Shown here: piece after piece, positions 25,101 to 36,499 of the stretch
Layout: the number at the start of each line of letters is the position of its first letter
How positions within the stretch are numbered: position 1 is the stretch's first letter
NCBI GenBank assembly: GCA_011109175.1
Contig: RDEW01000079.1
Location: 13,446 to 77,445, forward strand
Reading direction: 5' to 3'
DNA length: 64,000 nucleotides
Origin: Dicyema japonicum
Taxonomy: Eukaryota > Animalia > Dicyemida
Notes under the pieces: model-generated
Told to the model about the DNA's origin: nothing
Databases searched by the model: none
The model's input: the letters and a program-made list of their open reading frames with translations, nothing else
Translations under genes and position numbers: made by a program

Positions 25101-25719
25101 GATGACAAAGGATTGTCGAGAAAATCGTTTCAAATCCCGCACGTGTGGAGATATAACTATTATGTCTCTAAGGCAGTTGCTAATAATAATTATCGATCTG
25201 TTACTAATCTTCCTAGTCTGGGTTCGATTCCCAGGGGCTGCCTGTGCCGGAAACTTCGATTGGGCTTGACGAGCGACGCCGTTATAACATCTCATCACAC
25301 ACAGATTCCTAATATGATTGGACTTTCTAATGGGACGTCACGAGCTTTCTAGCGTCGTTGCAACCTCACACAGCCAAAAGAAAACGTATAAGACAAGGAC
25401 TCAATAATTCCGGATTAAGTTCTCTTTCCGGTAAACGAAGACAGCAAAGATCATCTTTTCCTTGCCGTCCCCCCGAAGGATGTGTTCCAGTAAGATAATT
25501 GTTGTTTCCATATTTTCGCTACGAGCGACAACGGTGGTTTAATTTTTGCAAAAATTTTTGCAGGTCCACGGTGGTTTTGCAATTCCGGATTAATTAGAAT
25601 AATTAACTTCCTTGCTCTCTCTTTAAAAAGCTCTCTTTGTGCGGCTTAGCGCAAGCGAAATCTCAGTAACCTACGGGCCTCTGGTTTGCGATGCGTTTAT
25701 TTTGATTCTTGTATGGTTC

Positions 25720-26760
25720 GTAAAAAGAATTCAAAGATTAATTATGAAACAAAAATTAAAATTGCTAAAGATATAAAACATGGTCAATTTTCAGAAAGAG
25801 ATATCGCTAAAAGTATAAAACGAGCAAAGGTATCTTTTTAAATAATTGTTTATTACAGGTACTATTTCTCGCAATAAACAAAATTTGGTTAATTATTTTG
25901 ACGTGGGATTAACTGAATGCAATCGAAACAAGGAATCATGCGATCCAAATAATCAATCTTCTACACAAGAAAAATCGTCTACACTAGATAGATTAGTTTT
26001 TGAAACTTTTCTACATTTGAGAGTTGAATTTCTTACAATTTCTGGAATTATATTAAAACTCATTGCAAAAATAATTTCTACAAAAATAAATTATGAATCA
26101 TTTAAGGCATCAAATAAATGGCTCGAACGGTTCAAGAAAAGGCACGAGTTGCTATTCAAAAATATAAGTGGAGAAATGAATTCGTCTGACCTTGCTTCTG
26201 TATCCAATTTTTTCTCTGCTCGGAAACTGTAGGAAGTGAAAATATTTTCAACTGTGACGAAACAGCTTTATACATAAAGCGAACGCCGTCGAAATCTTTT
26301 GTTCAATTTAATGACAAATGTAATGGAATTAAAAAGAGTAAAGAAGGTTTCCCTTCTCTTTGTTGTAATGCACTTGGTGAAAAGTTAAAACCTCTATTAA
26401 TTGGAAAATTCAAATCTCCTCGGTCTTTAAAAAATTTTAACACCGAGGATTACGGAGTACTAAATGCTGCTTCAAAAAATTCGTGGATGACTAGTGATAT
26501 TTTTGCGAATTGGTTATGGAAAGTAAATCAAGATATGATTTATGAAAACAGAAAAATTGTTTTAATACTGGAAAATGCGAGCTGTCACAGAAATGCAGAA
26601 TATTCCAATGTTGATTTACTTTTTCTTCTAAAAAATACGACCGCTTTAATTAAACCCTTAGATATGGGAATAATAAAATCCTTAAGTCCCTCTACTTCAA
26701 TAAACTACTTGATTTTACCCTTATATTTGAGAAAGAACAGCTCTCTGATTTGAATCTGAA
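25720..26760 (+). mobile_element. Tigger/pogo transposase, decayed
   Basis: FKASNKWLERFKKRH, IFNCDETAL, KPLLIGKFKSPR, SWMTSDIFANWL, LILENASCH, NTTALIKPLDMGII. Confidence 0.85.
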
Positions 26761-27349
26761 TAATATTTCAAAAAAAACAATGGCTACTAAACCTACAGTC
26801 ACTCCAATCATTAAGTGGTTCGAAAAAATATGATATAGTCTACAGTAAGTGGTTCGAAAAAATATGATATAGTAAAATATTCAATGGCGAATCGCATATT
26901 TTAGAATTAATATAGTATTAATATTTAATACTATATTTGCCGATCAAAATTAAAAAAATAAATGGGTAGAGCCATACGTGTCGGCCACCCATATGAGCCG
27001 ACCGTGACATAATATATATAATATATAATAAATTTAGAGTTGCTGTTGAAATAATTCTAGTTGTTGTTGTATGGAGTATCGTCACGTCATTGATGCTCAA
27101 AAAACTATTAATAAATAATAATTTGAAGAGTCACTTCAAAAATTACTTTCGATAGACAAAAGGTCTGGCATCGTTCGCGGCAACGCACACTGCGTCCTTG
27201 CCGCTGGGCATCCTAATTAATTTCATAACATTGATTTTTGTCCGAATTTAAAAAAAAAGATAGACAAAAAGAAGATTAAAAACACCTATTTTCTCATTGC
27301 ACTGCATAGAAAGATAGGGCGAAACTAATTACCGTTAAAAAATATAATT

Positions 27350-27600
27350 TCTAAAATAGGTTTGTGTATATAATCCAAAAAGTATTAAATAAATGGTTGA
27401 AATGAAAAAAAGATTAAATTATTGTCAAAATAGCCCGAATTCAATTACAGAATATCGAATATCATATGAAATTCTGTAAGTCAACAATATATTTAATCAA
27501 TTTTGATACAAAAACAAACCATTAATATAATAGAATACAATTTGATAAATAAATAAAACAATGCACCACAAGAAAATTAACCACGAGTTGCAACGTGTTA
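27350..27600. repeat. AT-rich dispersed repeat; other copies at about 37945-38185 and 48330-48570
   Basis: Shared aatccaaaaagtattaaa..ggttgaaa...gaattcaattacagaatatcgaatat.atatgaaattctgtaagtca.caatatatttaatcaatttt. Confidence 0.8.
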
Positions 27601-27758
27601 CATTTATTATAAAAATTAGCGTTTATAAAAAAAAGTAAATGATAAGTAATTAATTAAATTTTTATTTTGGCTGTATTATTAATAACTAAGTATTTTTTAA
27701 ATCTGCCGGAGGTTAATCGATTTACGGCTTATTGATTTTTACGGCATTTTACGGCAAC

Positions 27759-27797
27759 GGCTCGTTGTCAACCTGGGCTCATTGTCAACCTGTCACA
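27759..27797. mobile_element. Isolated Ginger-like terminus (...TGTCACA) with two internal direct repeats
   Basis: ggctcgttgtcaacct gggctcattgtcaacct gtcaca. Confidence 0.5.
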
Positions 27798-27829
27798 ATA
27801 ATTAAACATTAAAATCTATATAATATAGA

Positions 27830-28860
27830 TTTAAGAATTTTCTCGAAGATGTTGATGCTGAGTATGGAGATTTGCTCATGCATTATTATTATTGCCCCAT
27901 TTGCTCATGCATACAACCGTACGATGGTTGAGTCGGGAGCATGTCTAAAAAGGTTGTATAAATTTTAAATAAATCGCATTTAGATTTTATGACCTTCTCC
28001 CGGAGATGATAAATTTTATTGACAATAAGATATTTATCTTCAGCCTACTGATAAGGAGTGGATTACGGATTTAGCATTTATGGTTGATATTTCTACACAC
28101 CTTTCGATTTTGAATACTTCTCTGCAGGGTAAGAACAAACTATGTCATGAGTTATACGGACTGGTTTCTGCATTTATCGAAAAACTACACCTTTTCAAAA
28201 TACAAATTGCAAGTAGAGTTACCATTCATTTTCCAATACTTCAAACTACAAGCAAGGAGGAAGATATATGAAAAAATATACATCTGTTATTAGTGACTTA
28301 ATCGATGAATTCAAAACACGTTTTAATGATTTTAAAGAAGCTCTACCTATTATGCAAATATTTTTCGTCACCTATGGAAACAGATGCTGTAACCGCTCCA
28401 TATGTATATCAGCTGGAGCTTGTTGAAATGCAGGCAGATTTACAACTTACCGCGCTATTTAAGTCCAGTGAACTATTGGATTTTTGGAGTCGAATTCCAC
28501 AATGGAAATATCCGAACTTGGTCGATAATGCTCCAAAAAAATGCATCAGTCTTCGGATCAACGTATAATGTGAAGCTCTTTTCAGTAAACTTACGCGAAT
28601 AAAAAGTAAGTATCGAAATCGATTGACTGATGAACACCTAATACATCGTCTTCGAACTTTACTCCTCGTTTCGATAAAATAGTAGACGCCAAGCAAAATC
28701 AAATCAATTTTTTTCGGAATGCCACTTTTTAGCATTAGTCAATATTTTTCTCGAATGCCACTTTTAGCATTAGTCAATATTTTTCTCGGAATGCCACTTT
28801 TTAGCATTAGTCAATATTTTTTTCGGAATGCCACTTTTTTAGTCTTAGTCAATTTTTTTG
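27830..28860 (+). mobile_element. hAT (Buster/SPIN/GTF2IRD2-like) transposase 3' part, decayed
   Basis: DAEYGDLLMH..VRWLSR, LAFMVDISTHLSILNTSLQG, LELVEMQAD, CEALFSKL. Confidence 0.85.
28708..28859. repeat. Four tandem ~37-bp units (subterminal repeat after the hAT ORF)
   Basis: (ttttcggaatgccactttttagcattagtcaatat) x4 with indels and no spacers. Confidence 0.9.
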
Positions 28861-28914
28861 TTATTAAATAAATAATTATTTTATTTTTTAAATAATGCGT
28901 TATAATTTAATACG

Positions 28915-29150
28915 AAGCGGCCCCGCCGACATTATCGACGTTGCGTTGCCTCTCACGACAGAGATCAACTGGAGAAGCCACCAAGTCTCACGTGCGTCGT
29001 ATCATTTGAATTTGGCCAAGCGTCCAAGTTTCTTCAGGAATCGGAGCGATTTTCCACATATTCCTCCAGTTATCTCGATTACTATCGGATAGAACGCGAA
29101 TCGGTCGCGCACTCCGTACGGACTTTCGAATTTCTTGAGTGCAAGTGAAG
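28915..29150 (-). mobile_element. CRE 3'-end fragment
   Basis: DRFAFYPIVIEITGGICGKSLRFLKKLG...RETWWLLQLISVVRGNATSI. Confidence 0.75.
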
Positions 29151-29882
29151 GATTGGTACCATAGTTCTTTTTAATCCTTATTTACAATTTAGAATAATTT
29201 GAGTTTACCCTATCTCCAATTTTAAATGAATGTTTTGAATAATGAACCCCCATTTTTTGTTCATTTTTTGGAATATCGAGATGTCACATCGGTGGGCCTG
29301 AAAATTAAAAGCAAAATTCTATGTTTTTTGAATCTATTCTATATTTTGCGAATTTTAACTAACCATCTGAATTAAGGACTTGAAAATTTGCAAATTTCAC
29401 AATCGGCAACAATTTTACGGATTATTTGTCGTATTTGCAGTAAAGTATCTTTCATGGCACATGTTCTCGAGAGTGTTATGTCCACAATGCGAGATGAATT
29501 TGGCTAGCCACCAATTTCATCTCGTCAACGTTGTCCGTCGAAATCACTAATTTGTGGTTTCCACACGGCTGTTTGAAGTATATTCTTCCATTGATTAACA
29601 TAAATTTTCAGCTTTCTTTTTAAAGCAGTAAACTTTTTGTCTCGATTGATTTTCGATATTTTGTCCATTTAAAACTTGTTCTAGCAATCGATACTCATCC
29701 ATATCTTTACAAAAGAACGCGACATAAGTAACCCAGAAGAAACACGCCTTTATATATATATTACAATTACAGATGTATGTCGTAATGTGTTCATCAGCCA
29801 ATAATTGATGGTATGATAGTTGATCAGTTAGGTATACTGTCGACTCCGAGATCTGTCCAAGACGACACATTATCGCATTACA
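29150..29882 (-). mobile_element. Internally deleted Ginger-like integrase element
   Basis: Minus start TGTAATGCGATAATG. HCGHNTLENMCHERYFT...IIRKIVADCEICKFSSP resembles the ORF at 42828-43019; C-terminal HSFKIGDRV. Confidence 0.65.
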
Positions 29883-30975
29883 CGACGGACGGAGGACAAT
29901 ATCGTGGGGGGAAGGGAAGGCAAGTGAGGACGTCGCACCACTTTTGACGGGGTGTACGAACGAGGGTGCAGTCAGGAAGAGTTGTTCGAAAAGTGTTGCC
30001 TGCCTCTGGTGGGGAAGCTGTTTTCGGGGGAGGACAGTGTGGTGATGGTATACGGGGTGACTGGGTCGGGAAAGACACATACAATGATTGGGGAGAATAA
30101 CAAGGGGGGTGTGCTGTCTAATTCGGTCAAGTACATGTTTGACTGTTCCAAGTCGAGTGAAGTGTGTGTCCTACATCGAAATTGACAACAACTACATCTA
30201 CGACCTGCTGGAGGAGGAGTGAGTGGTGTCTCTAATGCGCAGACACCGACCTCCAAGAAGATCCGGGAGGACAAGTCCTGTTATGTGCACAACGTGGTGG
30301 AGAGGAGTGTGGCCGACTACTCTCAGACGATGGAAGTGCTGGCCCGAGGTTGGTAGTCCTCCCCAATGGTAGGAAACAAACGACGGCGAGTGCGCTCGAC
30401 TGCCTCAATCCCACTTCCTCCCCGCAGTCATGCAATATTTACCGTCAAGTTGAATGGGGTATGTCTCCTCATTCACTCACTAGGTCCCTGAGCTGTCCTT
30501 CGTAGACTATGCCGGCAGTGAAAGGGCGATTCGCACCAACAACCAGGGTGCCACAGTCCGCGAGACAGGTTGTCTCTTCTCGTCACTCCTGGCCACATCA
30601 ACAACTCTCTCATGGCTCTGAGCAGTTGGATTGAGTACATCAAGGAGAATCCGATAAAGCTGCCAAGTTGACTACTCTTTTCAAGACATACTTCCACGGG
30701 GCAGGACATATGTCCATTATTGTGTGGTGCAAACCATCCGACTACGAGGATAACATGGTACTCCATCTTCACTATCACAGAAAGTCATGCAGTTTGCACA
30801 GACTGCTACACAAGTCCACCTGTCCTACCCCACTCTCCACAACTGTTGCAGTACTATCACTACTCTCACTCATAGATATCCCTCCTTTGGATGTCCTTCT
30901 CACACTAACACCCTTTGATTCCATGGACGACGTCGACCTCTTTTATGCCCGCCTGCAAGACGTCATTAGACAGGC
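29883..30975 (+). pseudogene. KIF23: Kinesin-6 (KIF23/MKLP1-like) motor-domain pseudogene with six 23-25-nt introns
   Basis: TFDGVY..CSQEELF, YGVTGSGKTHTM, YIEIDNNYIYDLLEE, KKIREDK, NPTSSRSHAIFTVKL, LSFVDYAGSER, HINNSLMAL, KLTTLFKTYFHGAG, DYEDNM|KVMQFA. Introns 30219-30242, 30349-30372, 30459-30483, about 30569-30591 (acceptor degenerate), 30758-30780, 30851-30875. Several frameshifts. Confidence 0.85.
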
Positions 30976-31189
30976 AGGTGCCATCCTCCACTTTTCTCGC
31001 TCCCCTCCCACCATTAAGAACCACTCATTTCAAAGACACCCCTCAAAACTAATCGTCCCAGACCTCAAAAAAGTTAATGTCCCCCGTAACAAAAAAATGT
31101 TTAAAAGATTTTATTTGAATTAAAACTTTGAATTTGTTTTTTATTCAACAATCAATAGCCTTATTTTATTGGAGTATATTTTAGCGCGC

Positions 31190-31410
31190 GTATGTGGTTC
31201 ACCGTTTATGGTGGCGTTGATACAATCTTAAATTATATCCGAAAAGAACCATTAGTCAACATTCATCCAGTTGACCCCCCTGGACAGCGCTTCTTCCAAG
31301 TTCGTGCACTTTCCCGGTGGCGGCTCATCATCTCCGGAGATGTTGAGGAAAATTCTCGACCTAGAAAGAAGCTCAATATATTGAGACTGAATATCAACGG
31401 AGTTAGAGGC
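31190..31410 (+). mobile_element. LINE ORF2 N-terminus: decayed 2A-like peptide followed by the start of APE
   Basis: LIISGDVEENSRP-RKKLNILRLNINGVRGK. Confidence 0.75.
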
Positions 31411-31594
31411 AAGCGCGATCCTGCATTTTAGCGCCCTAAAATCTAAGAAGATCAATTTCTACTAAATGTTGAATTTTTATTGTTATATTTTTTTTTATAA
31501 ATTATTAAAAAATTAGAAGTATAATTTTCGTAATTGTAACATAAAGTTCACTTAGAAGACCTGCTGCTTCGATATATATTGTTAAAACAACTCT

Positions 31595-31760
31595 GCCCAC
31601 TTCAGATTTGTGGACTTTGAGATTTCACATCGTGATATTGTCCACATGTTATTAACCACTCGTGATGCTGTCGATTGGTTTGCCAAATATCGGCTGATAC
31701 TAAACTCGATGGCTTGTAGTTCTTGTGGAGAAAATTGCACCCTTGTTGCATACGTTCAAC
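31595..31760 (+). mobile_element. Probable Merlin (IS1595-like) transposase N-terminal fragment
   Basis: DAVDWFAKYRLILNSMACSSCGENCTL, matching the W..LL...C..CG..L pattern of Merlin N-termini. No DDE domain visible. Confidence 0.45.
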
Positions 31761-31844
31761 GGGAGAAGTGTGGAAAGCCATTCGGCACGTGGCGAGGGGT
31801 GACGCAAGCGAAACTGCAGAAGAATATGATTAAACAGATGTGAA

Positions 31845-32100
31845 CAACCTAATCAAATTCTACGCGAAGATAGCTCACAAGGAGCACAGAAAATCGGATA
31901 CACTCACTTCTAACAGAAGACTTAAGAAACGGTCCGCACCTTTTTTTTTCTTGGCAATAGAGGTGGTGGATACTTTACATTCCACAAAAACGACGTTCTT
32001 TCACGGTCCGGACAAAATACCGGTCATTCTATTTAAAAATCTTGGTGAAAAAGAAGTCGCATTTCTAACAGCTATCTTTAACTATTCGATCAACCATAAT
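31845..32100 (+). mobile_element. LINE RT pre-domain fragment
   Basis: EVVDTLHSTK...GPDKIPVILFKNL...FLTAIFNYS. Confidence 0.7.
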
Positions 32101-32134
32101 TAATGAGAGCTATGGAACTGTGATCTTTTTTTGA

Positions 32135-32320
32135 TAACTTCATCAATACCTCCGGAATCGTCGGCAAGGCTGCTGCTCAACTCCTCACCGACATTGGCAG
32201 GAAAATCTTTTCAAAAACATACGACTGGAGGGAGACGAGCTGGCTTTCCAGCGAATCTCGGTCGCTGTGCTCCTCGGAAACTGCCACTCAATACGCAGCG
32301 CGGCGTCGTTGAGCTGACCC
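32135..32320 (+). mobile_element. CRE 3'-end fragment
   Basis: TSGIVGKAAAQLLTDIGRKI...RETSWLFQRISVAVLLGNCHSI. Confidence 0.75.
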
Positions 32321-32329
32321 TCAGGCTCT

Positions 32330-32622
32330 CGACTTTTCTCTCAGTTTTTAATTTTTGTTTATTAAAAAAAACTTCATCAATATTTGGTTTTAAATTGCTG
32401 CATCCTATCATAAGAATTGATTTTAAGTGTCTGTCAGTCAATCTTGCACGATGGGCAGACTGAATATATTTCATCCTCGAAAACGTTTGCTCACATTGGT
32501 AAGTTGTGCCAAATATAGAAATCATCTTTATCGCAAAATTCTTAGTCTCGGAAACTCATCATCCTTGAGATATTTGTAGAACTCAGCGAGTTTGGCCCGC
32601 GGGCCGTAGTTGGTGACCCCTG
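32330..32622 (-). mobile_element. Deleted hAT (Buster/Charlie-like): left terminus joined directly to the dimerisation domain
   Basis: Minus start CAGGGGTCACCAACTACGGCCCGCGGGCCAAA, then MISIFGTTYQCEQTFSRMKY...RARLTDRHL. Confidence 0.85.
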
Positions 32623-32639
32623 TTCTAAGTGGACGAAGG

Positions 32640-33170
32640 GGAAGGGTGTGCCTCGGTGGGCTATAGTTTACGCCTCGACTCCTGCCCAACGGTGTACCCC
32701 AAGGATCCCCTTATCCCCAGCACTCTTCAACCTCTTCCTGGAAGATCTCCCGCCCCCCATCGACAATAATGATGTTATCCTATCTTATGCGGATGACATC
32801 GTATTGGCCTCACGGGACCGGGACATCCAGAAGGCTTCTGAAAGGCTCCAAGCCAACTTGGATCGACTCAACGTTTGGCTAACGGATAACCGACCGAAGT
32901 CCGTAACGTCCTTTTTCACATCTGATAAAAGATTGGGAAGGAAGACAGTCGATTTGACTCTGAACAACGTGCCCATTCCCTTCACCAGAAGTCAGACGGT
33001 GCTAGGGGTAATCCTTGACATGCACCTCTGCTTCTCGCCACAAGCAGACAACCTACTTCGCAAATGTGAAAAGAAAACGAACGTACTCAGAAGTCTATCC
33101 GGTTTATGGAGAAACGGTTCTCACCCGGTATTGGCGAATATCTATCGCCAACACTTTGAACCGTCTCTAG
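32640..33170 (+). mobile_element. LINE RT core fragment (I/Jockey-like)
   Basis: GVPQGSPLSPALFNLFLEDL..ILSYADDIVL...VLGVILD. Confidence 0.85.
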
Positions 33171-33440
33171 TCCGGATAAGTTTTGTTAAAAAGCCACAAA
33201 TACATCCATTCCACAATTGTCTCATCCTGAACCCTTTGATGGAAAAAAATATGCTTTTTCTAAGCGTGAGAATATTTTGCAATTAAAATCTGTCCCGATT
33301 ATTGGAAAAAGTGAAGAGAATAATAGTAAATTAATTTTTTCGACCTGTTTTTTCCTCTACTCCAATTTCGGATGTCCAATGTGATACAGAAGAGAAATGC
33401 CGTTTAGCTTATTTTAATTTCTCCAAGTGTATCACCTTTA

Positions 33441-33978
33441 ATGGATCCTCATATCCCCGAAGAATGTTTAACTATTCCGACTGGCGATGCCTCTGCAGTG
33501 GTTTGTGAATCTCCTGGTGAAGGGATGAATATTATTGAAAAGAAAGATTCAGGTGAGTATATATCAGAGTATATTGAACTAGTTGTGAAAGATTCTAGCT
33601 CAGTTTATGTAATTCCGGAACAACCAGTAACTAAATACACAAAATATCAAATTGTTAAAGACACTGTGACCGAAACAGTGGTTGACCCTTCTTGTGAAAC
33701 AGAATCTGAGTATTCACTGTTTAATGGAGGTTTTTCTTAGGAGAAATAAATTTCGTGTAAAAAATCTCGTAAGAAAAATCAAACCAGTCAAGATCTCTCA
33801 AGATATCAATCTTCCAAAGTGTGGGACTATGAGTACGGACTATGTCAGTGATGAAACACTGAAAACGTTCTTCAAAGAGAACAAAATACTTTACGGTCCA
33901 TTTAAAAGATTTACTCGTTCTACCTATCTTAGAACATGCAAAAAACTATATTACTTTCAAACTACGTATAAAAAATAA
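33441..33978 (+). pseudogene. Orphan host-like gene; two overlapping ORFs joined by one frameshift near 33730
   Basis: ORFs 33441-33740 (acidic, V/E/S/T-rich) and 33682-33978 (basic). No recognisable family. Converges on Hsp70 with 80 bp between the stop codons. Confidence 0.45.
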
Positions 33979-34058
33979 ATGAGATATTAAACTAATTGAT
34001 AAAACAAGTGAAAAAATTAGGCCAACAACTAAGGTTATTTATTCTGCCCTTCCTGACC

Positions 34059-34625
34059 TCATGAATCATTCTTATTATCAGTTTTATTTTCGCTTTGACT
34101 ATTTCTCTCATCAGCCATTTTTCGATAAATATTCTCAAACACTCGCAGTGAACTCGACTGTAATTCGTTTGTAGAATTCTTCAATTCATCCAACCCCACA
34201 TTCTCCTTCTTTAACATCTCCTTCACTTTCTCGACCTTCTCCTTCAACTGGTCAGAATCTTCCTGAGACATTTTGTCTTTAAATTCAATCACTTAGATTC
34301 TGTGTCGTGAACAATCCCATCAGCAGAATTACAAGCTTCAACGCGTTCCTACAATGAATTAATATGATTGCAGAAAACTCTTCTCTCAGAATCCATTTTA
34401 AAAAAATTTGTCCGTCCTCAACCATTCGCTCAATATCCTCTTTACTGAGGCCTCCGGAGGATTTCAAAATGACTGGAACTAATAAAATGAGGAATACTTT
34501 GCTGTTCCTTTCCAGTTCCTTTATCTCTTGCACTTACATTGACTATTCCATTCGCATCAATATCAAAAGTGACCTCTATTTGAGGAATTCCTCGAGGTGC
34601 TGGTGGGATCCCAACCTTGGATAAT
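34059..34625 (-). pseudogene. HSPA9: Mitochondrial Hsp70 C-terminal fragment, copy 2, with 25- and 30-nt introns
   Basis: [39 protein letters not shown]|... Introns at 34473-34497 and 34349-34378. Confidence 0.9.
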
Positions 34626-34719
34626 ATTAAAAACTTAAAACCAAAAAGCTGAGATTCTTTGATATAATTTGTACTCGGCATCAAAAAATTTGATTCAACA
34701 ACAAAAATTATTTTAAATA

Positions 34720-34990
34720 ATAAGAGAGGCTTCGGAGAAAACATATGGTGACCTTCGGCATTCCTGCCCTTTCGGTTCAGCACACACGCTCGCCTCTCTA
34801 CACTCCAAGGTTAAAACTTACCGTCTACCTGCCACCCATCATTATCTTCTCTAGACCTCAGGGAGGCTTTGAGGGACAATTCCTGGGAGTTGGAGAGCTC
34901 CTCTCGCCATCTACCATAGCTAGCCAGATGGCTCGTCTTCTGACTTCTTAAGCGCGTCTACGTACTTCTCCCTGTCTCTCAGAAGGCCAA
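34720..34990 (-). pseudogene. Unidentified GC-rich gene fragment (coiled-coil-like) with a 24-nt intron
   Basis: LLRDREKYVDALKKSEDE...RWREELSNSQELSLKASL; intron gtaagttttaaccttggagtgtag. Confidence 0.5.
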
Positions 34991-34991
34991 G

Positions 34992-35330
34992 CATGGACGC
35001 CGTGGTCAATCGGGTAACACATGGCGTTAAAAACGCGAACCAGGCACCTCTCCTCAAGTGGAAAGCACGCAACGCGCCTAATCGCTGCATTGCACGCATT
35101 TTAGTACGTGCAATGTGATCATCAAACTTACGGACTGCTTGAAGAGCACGCCCAAGTAAGTCATCCGATAAAATACAGCGATTGCTGACTCTCTTAGCGA
35201 TAACCTAGGGATAAAATTAGTGTAACCCCTCGTCTTTTTACAGACTTTAAGGACACTGCACTTGTCCGCACACATCTTTAATCCCTACTCCCACACCAGT
35301 TTACAAGCCATCCACAAACCTGTAGCCTAC
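34992..35330 (+). pseudogene. Unidentified GC-rich gene fragment with tiny introns
   Basis: ATG GAC GCC GTG GTC AAT CGG start; intron-like gtaagtcatccgataaaatacag and gtaacccctcgtctttttacag. Confidence 0.45.
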
Positions 35331-35399
35331 GACACGCACACTCGGGTTTCATCGACTGATCCAGAGATAATGTCGTCTGCATAGATCACCATTTCTGTA

Positions 35400-36140
35400 C
35401 GAGCATTGGCTGGCATAGGCGCTGAGGCATAAAGACATTGAATAGTGTGGATCAATTTCGTCATATAACGGATATCTTGGCCGACTGGCGCCAAAATACA
35501 TGATCGCCTTCTGATGGTCTATCCTCGTCGTTTTTATTTTCTTTTTTTTCATTTTTATACCCAAGAGACAATGTTTTTGAAAGCTTCCTTTCTCTTTTTC
35601 TCAAGTTCGTCATCACTGTCATGTTCCAAATCCTCTTTTTCTGTATCATCACTGTTATGTCCCACAAGCTCTTTTCGATGTGTTTCACTAACTGAATTGC
35701 AATTCTTGATTCCCATCTGCTTTGTTGTCGAGTGAATAGTGTAATTATAATCCTCGACAATATCTTTGATAATATTGACATAACGTCAAAAACAATTTTT
35801 TGATTCACTGGTCGAGAAATCCAACCTTTTACACTCTTATTAAATCTAAAATTAATTAATACAGAAAACAATTTTCTATATGTCCCTGTACCCAAGGGGT
35901 CCGTGGTCTTCCAAATACGTGCGAAATACTATACTTCTCGCATAGTTCGTCCATCTTGGAATTCTTAAATTCTTTTCCGTTATCAGTATGCAGGATGATA
36001 GGTGGTCCAACAAAATAAATAATCCGTTGTAAGCTAGAACAACCTCATCGGCAGATTTCGTTTTAATAACCTCAACCATGGCATATTTAAAAAAGAATCT
36101 ATCACATTTAATACCTAGCTATTTATTAATATTTAAATAC
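35400..36140 (-). mobile_element. Ginger-like integrase core and C-terminus, decayed
   Basis: FKYAMVEVIKTKSADEV, ILHTDNGKEFKN, GRPRTPWVQGHIE, RFNKSVK, EGDHVFW. Confidence 0.75.
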
Positions 36141-36499
36141 CATGAATATGAGTCGTTCAACGATGAATAACGTCGTAAATCGACTAAGTCTGCAATATAT
36201 CGTCACGTGGTCTGCTCGCAATGATGGGTGTGATCTCTTGTTTTGATGTTCACTAATCGTTTTGACTAATTTTAAATAAAGAAACGTATTTGACAAAAGT
36301 TACATCTACCGATAGTCTCTGCAATCTCTATCCTTCTCAAATTATAATACTGCATCTTAGCTTGTATGCAGCCTATCCCTCCCAAAATTATTTTTATTGT
36401 GCTCGGTCTAGTGAAATAACACTTTAATAAACCTCTATCTTTTCTTTTTTATCTAAACGCTTGAGACATCATTTTATTTATTTAACCCCATTCCCCGAA

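Noticed and set aside
25400-25710. GC-richer patch as a possible ncRNA or transposase
   Set aside because: No convincing RNA motif or protein motif in any frame.
26813-26875. 28-bp direct repeat (and a 20-bp tandem repeat near 55040-55080)
   Set aside because: Simple local duplications with no sign of function.
28708-28859. CRISPR-like array (about 37-bp repeat x4)
   Set aside because: Units are directly adjacent with no unique spacers, there are no cas genes, and the context is a eukaryotic hAT end.
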